Positions 58,329-64,000 of a stretch of 64,000 nt of DNA are shown one piece after another (position 1 is the first letter of the stretch; each line of letters starts with the position of its first letter). Origin of the DNA: Lachnospiraceae bacterium UBA3632 (GTDB lineage Bacteria > Bacillota > Clostridia > Lachnospirales > Lachnospiraceae); assembly GCA_002373975.1 (NCBI GenBank), contig DFKZ01000123.1:25967-89966 (forward strand), in the 5' to 3' direction. Below the pieces are notes generated by a model. It ran no database searches. It was not told the DNA's origin and saw only the letters and a list, made by a program, of their open reading frames with translations. A program made the position numbers and the translations under genes.

Positions 58329-59609
58329 TTATTTATCCTTAAATATGATCAGTGCGAAAATGCTTCCTGAGAAGACGACAGTCATAATTATAATAAACGG
58401 CCAGCTTACTATCATTTCATTCTTTAGCAGCGTGTAGGAACCCACATATGCGATGAGATTCTGGACCACATGCACCGCAAGCGGAGCAAGAAACGACCCG
58501 TAATACTCGTAGGCCAAAGCTGCAATACATCCGAAAATAAATGCATATATACCCTGCACGATATTCCCGTGATATATCCCGAACACCACCGCAGATGCAA
58601 TGACTGCCACGAGAACATAAGTGTACCTGCGAAGGGTAGTATAAATTATCCCTCTGAAAAGGAGCTCCTCCGCCACCGGTCCGATGAGGCAGTAAACCAC
58701 GATACCTATCGCAATATGGCAGCTATACTGGCTCTGCGCCACCTGCCTGTAACTCTCCGAGGCGGCTGCGGCCTGTACCTTGATCGCTGCCGTCTGGGTG
58801 GCCAAGGTAAAGGCTGCAACAAAGACAACTCCCAAGATGTAGAGATATACAGGCTTTCTCACCATATTTGCATGCCTGGTATCCCTGTCTGTCCTGCGGA
58901 TAAGCTTTATGGCCACAAAGACCATGGGAACGGCGGCTATCAGATATTCCAGTCCCCCTATGACAGTTCCTATATTTCCCTGATAAAAGGCTGATGAGAA
59001 ATTATTCTCATTTCCCCTATACAGAAAGCTCAGCAAACCTTCGGGAAGATACGATCCAAAGGTCGAAAACAAAGATGTAAAAAGCAGCCCTGTCCCGGTC
59101 CGTAAAAGAATGAACAGCAGAAATGATCCGACTATTGCGGCAAAGGCCTTTATTCCTATCCTTCCGCCGGCCTTTCCTCCCGGAAGCGATATCCGCCCCT
59201 CGTCATACTCATGGGTTTCGCGCATAAGAAAGTCATAAAGCTCGCTTAACGAGAGCACAATATAGTCCGCATGTGCTTCCATGAGTTCTTCCATATCTTC
59301 CATATACCCGGCAAGGCCTACACTCTCCAGCCCCTGTTCCCTTGCAGCTTCCGCTCCGGATACCGTACATGTCACCATGTAAACAAGGCTTTTATCCGGC
59401 TTTTTTCCGTCAAACAGCTTTGACAGACCTGCCTTTATTTCCTTTGACTTATCTTCCCCCTGCGCCAAAAATGCAAAGCTGAAGCCTTTCTTTTCAAGTC
59501 TGCGCCTCATTTTTAATGTAGCTTTTGCTTCCATAACAGGCGCCATATCCCCGTCGGGATCAATTATTATATATTTTTTAAAAGCTTCGTATGCTGTCTC
59601 CGTCATCAC
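58329..59609 (-). CDS. CPBP intramembrane protease with a degenerate HAD-like N-terminal domain
   Basis: EELLFRG, FGIYH and HVVQN; N-terminal EELMEAHADYIV..ELYDFL resembles a HAD C-terminus. Confidence 0.8.
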   Translation of the reverse strand: MMTETAYEAFKKYIIIDPDGDMAPVMEAKATLKMRRRLEKKGFSFAFLAQGEDKSKEIKAGLSKLFDGKKPDKSLVYMVTCTVSGAEAAREQGLESVGLAGYMEDMEELMEAHADYIVLSLSELYDFLMRETHEYDEGRISLPGGKAGGRIGIKAFAAIVGSFLLFILLRTGTGLLFTSLFSTFGSYLPEGLLSFLYRGNENNFSSAFYQGNIGTVIGGLEYLIAAVPMVFVAIKLIRRTDRDTRHANMVRKPVYLYILGVVFVAAFTLATQTAAIKVQAAAASESYRQVAQSQYSCHIAIGIVVYCLIGPVAEELLFRGIIYTTLRRYTYVLVAVIASAVVFGIYHGNIVQGIYAFIFGCIAALAYEYYGSFLAPLAVHVVQNLIAYVGSYTLLKNEMIVSWPFIIIMTVVFSGSIFALIIFKDK

Positions 59610-60078
59610 CTGTATTTATCAACTCCAATATCTTTACATCATAGGACACTTCCGGGCTTACTTCCACGTGAACCACATCACCGACTTTTCTGCCCATAAG
59701 TGCTTTCCCGAGGGGCGATTCGTTGGTGATCAGCCCTCCGAGCGAATCCGCACGTACCGTAGTCACGATCTTATATGTATCCACGCTTCCGTCATCCACA
59801 AATTCCACCTTTACGGTATTGTTCATTCCCACCTCATCCTCGGCGGATGTCTCTTCGATCACGGTAGCTGTCTTTATCATTTTTTCAAGATAATGGATGC
59901 GGCTCTCATTCTGATTCTTGAATCTTTTTGCCGCATAATACTCGAAATTCTCCGAGAGGTCTCCCTGAGCACGGGCTGCCTTGAGATCTTCAAGTGCTTT
60001 GGGCCTTACAACGAGCTTTCTGTGCTCTATTTCCTCCTCCATTTTCCTTATATCACTCTGCGTTAATTTGTCGAACAT
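59578..60078 (-). CDS. greA: Transcription elongation factor GreA
   Basis: ARAQGDLSENFEY, ESPLGKALMG. Confidence 0.95.
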   Translation of the reverse strand: MFDKLTQSDIRKMEEEIEHRKLVVRPKALEDLKAARAQGDLSENFEYYAAKRFKNQNESRIHYLEKMIKTATVIEETSAEDEVGMNNTVKVEFVDDGSVDTYKIVTTVRADSLGGLITNESPLGKALMGRKVGDVVHVEVSPEVSYDVKILELINTGDDGDSIRSF

Positions 60079-60152
60079 GTTATATTTTCCTTCTTATGTA
60101 AACTTGAACTTTGGATTATGTAAACCGTCTTTCTTCTGAATTATGTAAACTA

Positions 60153-61112
60153 TCACACCAGGAAATAAACCGTCGCACAGATGACGATCTGAATGATCGT
60201 AAACCTGTAAACACACTGTGTGTTTGACCATCCCCACACTTTTCTCACATGATCATGAAGAGGAGTGCGCACCTTTTTAAGTATATGGATCTTGAGAAAT
60301 CTGAGAAGGAAAACCTTCAAAAGTCCCAGTCCACCGTCAAGAAGCATTACCAGCGCAAGTTGCAGGAACAGGAACGGATCCCGGGTCTTTAAGGCGCAGA
60401 TCGCGATAAACAGACCAATTGCACGTGATCCGGCATCCCCCATCATAAGCTTGCTGGGTGTTGCGTTGAACCAGAGATAAGCACAAAGCCCTGTTATCAA
60501 TATCAGTATGAGGGGCGCAAAATCTTCGGAAATCCCTATTTTCTGAATGATAACAAAAAATCCCATCAGGGTGGCTATGGACACACTTCCCGACAAACCG
60601 TCTACACCGTCGGAACAGTTTGTGACATTTATGCTGACCCAAATAACGACAACGGCCAAAATGCCGAAAAGTATTGGCGGCATCACAAAGGATCTGTTAA
60701 ATACCGCAAACACTATCTCGGTGGAGTTATTCGTCATAAATACAATGGTTGTCAGAATAGCGACCACCAGATCAAGGGCGCCTTTTAAATATTCTCCCCA
60801 GGGGCTTTTTGAAATATCATCAAGGAATCCCGTCATCATCGCTATAAGAACAAGTATCAGGTAAAACCCCGTCTCGGTGCTCATGGGTGCGAAGATTGAA
60901 GCCATGGTTGTAAACACGGGGATAAAGATGATCCCGGCTCCACGGGGTTTTCCCGCGGACTTTTCACCGTCGACGGCAAAAGCTCTTCCCCCATCCCTTG
61001 GCAGAAATTTATTTATATGTAAAAGCAGTATGAACGTCAGCACAAAACAAAAAGCCATTGCGACCGGGAGCTGATATCCCTGTGCCGCCTCAGGCAGTAT
61101 ATTATAAAGCAT
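60153..61112 (-). CDS. mraY: MraY-family phospho-N-acetylmuramoyl-pentapeptide transferase
   Basis: GFLDD, NCSDGVDGL, MGDAGS and PLHDH; GGAGG RBS before the ATG at 61112. Confidence 0.8.
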   Translation of the reverse strand: MLYNILPEAAQGYQLPVAMAFCFVLTFILLLHINKFLPRDGGRAFAVDGEKSAGKPRGAGIIFIPVFTTMASIFAPMSTETGFYLILVLIAMMTGFLDDISKSPWGEYLKGALDLVVAILTTIVFMTNNSTEIVFAVFNRSFVMPPILFGILAVVVIWVSINVTNCSDGVDGLSGSVSIATLMGFFVIIQKIGISEDFAPLILILITGLCAYLWFNATPSKLMMGDAGSRAIGLFIAICALKTRDPFLFLQLALVMLLDGGLGLLKVFLLRFLKIHILKKVRTPLHDHVRKVWGWSNTQCVYRFTIIQIVICATVYFLV

Positions 61113-62223
61113 TATATGCTCCTCCAAGCGATCTGATATATTCCGTCAGTTCCTTTGCGGCGATCATATGTGAAGCCGCAGAGGGATGATAGTCTGCCGC
61201 ATAACCGTTCTTTTCCGGATCCTGCGGCGTTAATCTGAATGTATGAATATCACTGAAGCCGGTCTTTTCCGCAAAACTTTCCGCGGCCTCTTTTTCCGTC
61301 TCAAAAAGCTCATCCCCCATCAGCCCGAAAGCAATAATAATACGCGACCGGGGATTTGCAAGATGCACCTGCTCCAGAAAGTCTTCATAATCCTCCATGA
61401 AAGCTGCAAGCTTGTTGTCGTCCTGCATTATATAGCTTGCATCATTGGTTCCAAGATTGATCACTATGGTGTCGGGTTTTCTCTCCGACTCAAAATCCCA
61501 TTTTATCGTCTCGAGGCGTTTGCCCCTGAAAGTGTTGTATGAATAGGCAAATATCTCATAATAGGGCTGGATCAGCTCGTCCAGCGTTGGTATATCGGGA
61601 TTACCGGTATAGCCGGATATCAGTCCGTGCCCGCTGTACGATACATAGCTTGCATCCGCACCCAGGGCTGCTGCCGTAAGATACGAAAACGCTTTGCTGA
61701 CATTCTCGGTGGTGGTGGAAAATGTATTTGCTTCACTTGCCGTGTCGATCCCATATCCGCAGGTTATGGAATCGCCGATGAACTCTATATACCTGTCGGA
61801 GGCAGAAGTCGGCCTCGGCGGCTCCTGTGCAAGAACTCTTATCTCACCGAGCCCCACGCTTGACATTCTGGGCTCCGAGAGCTTTATTATCCTTACAGTG
61901 TGTTCCCCGCAGATGGCATTTTCGTCCTCTCCAAATACAACAAAGCTTTCTTTTTCTTTTTTGATCACGGTGTCAAGCTGCAGGTTTCCGTCAACAAAAA
62001 CCGCCATTCTGGCCTGATCTTTCCATGGTACGGTACCGTCATCCCGGTCTTTTACGGAACTGTCTCCGTAAAACGTAACCGTAAGCTTTGTCCCTTTGTA
62101 CGTAAACTCAACGCCGCTCCCCGACAGAGCAAGGAGCAGGCAATCCTCAAGCGCCACTGTTCTTCCGAGTATCTTCACATGCCCGGCAGACGGGAAGAAC
62201 GCTATTTCTTTAAGTTCATTCAT
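61102..62223 (-). CDS. CE2-family SGNH acetylxylan esterase
   Basis: FIGDSITCGYG, SGHG, INLGTND and DYHP; N-terminal beta domain. Confidence 0.88.
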   Translation of the reverse strand: MNELKEIAFFPSAGHVKILGRTVALEDCLLLALSGSGVEFTYKGTKLTVTFYGDSSVKDRDDGTVPWKDQARMAVFVDGNLQLDTVIKKEKESFVVFGEDENAICGEHTVRIIKLSEPRMSSVGLGEIRVLAQEPPRPTSASDRYIEFIGDSITCGYGIDTASEANTFSTTTENVSKAFSYLTAAALGADASYVSYSGHGLISGYTGNPDIPTLDELIQPYYEIFAYSYNTFRGKRLETIKWDFESERKPDTIVINLGTNDASYIMQDDNKLAAFMEDYEDFLEQVHLANPRSRIIIAFGLMGDELFETEKEAAESFAEKTGFSDIHTFRLTPQDPEKNGYAADYHPSAASHMIAAKELTEYIRSLGGAYNAL

Positions 62224-62240
62224 CTCATTGTATTCCTGCC

Positions 62241-63953
62241 TTATGCTTTTTCACTGAATCTCACGCAGAGCAGAGTGATATCATCAAATATATCCACATC
62301 TCCGGTAAACTTCACCACATCATCTTGCAGCCTTCTGGCCCTTGCTTCCACGTTACCGTAGCCCTTTAATGATGCCGATATCCTTTCCATACCGAATCTT
62401 TCGCCGGCGGCATTCTTTGCCTCCGGGATTCCATCGGTGTAAAGCACCAGAATGTCTCCGTCTGAAAGTGTTATCTCTTTATTTTCAAATGCGCAGAACG
62501 GAATCGCCGCAAGAGGCGGGTCGTTATCTCCCTGTATCAGGCTTACATGATCTCCGCTGATTATCACGGGATATTCATGTCCGGCGTTGGAATACTGCAT
62601 AACGCCTGTTTTTAAATCGAGTATTCCGAAAAGTGCGGTTACGAATTGCTCGGAATCATTATTATCACAGAGCCATGTGTTCACATCGCTGAGTACGGTT
62701 TTAGCATCCCCTCCGGAGAGAGCACGAAGCTGCAGAGCTGTCTTGGACACAGCCATAAAAAGTGATGCGGGGATACCCTTTCCGCTGACATCCGCGATCA
62801 CAAGTCCCACATGGGTGTCATCAATATTAAAATAGTCGTAAAAGTCTCCTCCCACCTGCTTTGCGGGTGTCATTAGCGCAAATGTCTCAAGGTGGTTTTT
62901 CTGACTGAATTCTTCAAAATCAGAAGGTAAAATGCTGCTCTGGATCGACCATGCGATCTTCATCTCGGCGTTTAGCTTTTCCTTCTCCGATGTCAGCCCC
63001 GTAATATTGCTGATATACTCTCCTATATCATCTTCCATCTGCTTCATGGAGCTGAAAAGATTCCCTATCTCGTCCTTTGATCGGATGTCAAGCCGGGCGA
63101 AAACGCTCCCTTCCTGCTTCTCCGAATCATTTACGAAATCAGCGGCGGCTTTTGACAATTCGTTGATCGGACGTATGAGCATCCTGTTGATAACCATAAC
63201 ATAGGCCACTCCGAATAAAGCAGCTATCATGATAATGAGGATAACAATAGTCCGGATAAAGGAATTGATCCTGGCCATGATCGCATTCATCGACATATCA
63301 ACACCGATGAATCCGCACACCTCTCCGTTTCGATCGACCACGGCAGTGGTGGCGGTCATAAGCCATCCATATTCATCAGTCCTGGTAACGTAGGTATCAA
63401 GACCGATCTCGGGATGCGCCAGAAAACCATCAGGCAGCTCAATATACATCTCAAAGACACCGATAGGACATTTATACTCTCCCTCAACGGGATCTACCAG
63501 ATACATATACTTCATCTCTCCGGTATCCGGATCCTTAAAATACGTACCCAGATATACATCCTCCACATCAAGCGCATCGAGAGATCTTTTCATATAATCC
63601 ATGAGAATGCGGTAATCTTCCGTTTTCGTAATGGGATCGAAATACGAAAGATACTCATACCATTCGTCCGTCCCCCAATAGGAGCTCTCGAATCTTTTAT
63701 CTTCCGGGATAGACGAATATACCTCCACTGCCTGCGATTCGACGCGTTTCAAAGCGCTGGTATCAATGTTCGCACTGACACCTGCAGCAATCTGCTCCGT
63801 GGTGGTACCAAAATCCGTCTCCATTCCATAAATAAGATACCGTCTGACTGCAAGAATAGTGATGATGGTTATGGACAGCACGACCGCGGAGAACATGATA
63901 ATAGTCTTGGTTCTTATTCCCATGCCTCTTTTTCGGGTTTCAACTGTTTCCAC
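62241..63953 (-). CDS. Membrane sensor HAMP-PP2C (SpoIIE/RsbU-type) phosphatase
   Basis: 2 TM segments, HAMP (DEIGNL), VGGDFYD, DVSGKG, NAGH, YTDG and DDIT. Confidence 0.92.
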   Translation of the reverse strand: METVETRKRGMGIRTKTIIMFSAVVLSITIITILAVRRYLIYGMETDFGTTTEQIAAGVSANIDTSALKRVESQAVEVYSSIPEDKRFESSYWGTDEWYEYLSYFDPITKTEDYRILMDYMKRSLDALDVEDVYLGTYFKDPDTGEMKYMYLVDPVEGEYKCPIGVFEMYIELPDGFLAHPEIGLDTYVTRTDEYGWLMTATTAVVDRNGEVCGFIGVDMSMNAIMARINSFIRTIVILIIMIAALFGVAYVMVINRMLIRPINELSKAAADFVNDSEKQEGSVFARLDIRSKDEIGNLFSSMKQMEDDIGEYISNITGLTSEKEKLNAEMKIAWSIQSSILPSDFEEFSQKNHLETFALMTPAKQVGGDFYDYFNIDDTHVGLVIADVSGKGIPASLFMAVSKTALQLRALSGGDAKTVLSDVNTWLCDNNDSEQFVTALFGILDLKTGVMQYSNAGHEYPVIISGDHVSLIQGDNDPPLAAIPFCAFENKEITLSDGDILVLYTDGIPEAKNAAGERFGMERISASLKGYGNVEARARRLQDDVVKFTGDVDIFDDITLLCVRFSEKA

Positions 63954-64000
63954 CGGGGAGCCTACCTTTCAATATTTAGCAGCTTTACAAATCCTGTAAC

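Overview
This looks like chromosomal DNA from a fibre-degrading Lachnospiraceae-type Firmicute (inferred from gene content and order). Nearly all genes are on the minus strand. Housekeeping genes include infC-rpmI-rplT with an L20 leader, thrS, carD, prfA-prmC-rpmE-rho, trpS, holA, argG/argJ/argB/argD, greA and an mraY-family gene. Interspersed are carbohydrate genes (GH43 with a GPH transporter, GH3, GH13, GH5, CE2), a MacAB-type ABC exporter with two permeases, a GGDEF sensor, an OmpR-type two-component system and GT-C-like membrane proteins. I found no integrase, transposase, CRISPR array or rRNA. Three things stand out. (1) An apparent operon encodes a DHH/DHHA1 phosphoesterase with a duplicated PGDYG-like C-terminal module, a Toll-receptor-like TIR-TM-coiled-coil-beta-propeller protein with its catalytic Glu, a membrane-anchored NagZ-type GH3 and a GT-C-like protein. 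It is a candidate envelope-sensing nucleotide signalling system. (2) Two near-identical tRNA-Gly(CCC) genes face each other around a single AEC transporter gene, and one copy has a U55C T-loop change. (3) A DnaA-box cluster lies away from any origin genes. Family calls come from motif recognition by eye; no database searches were run.
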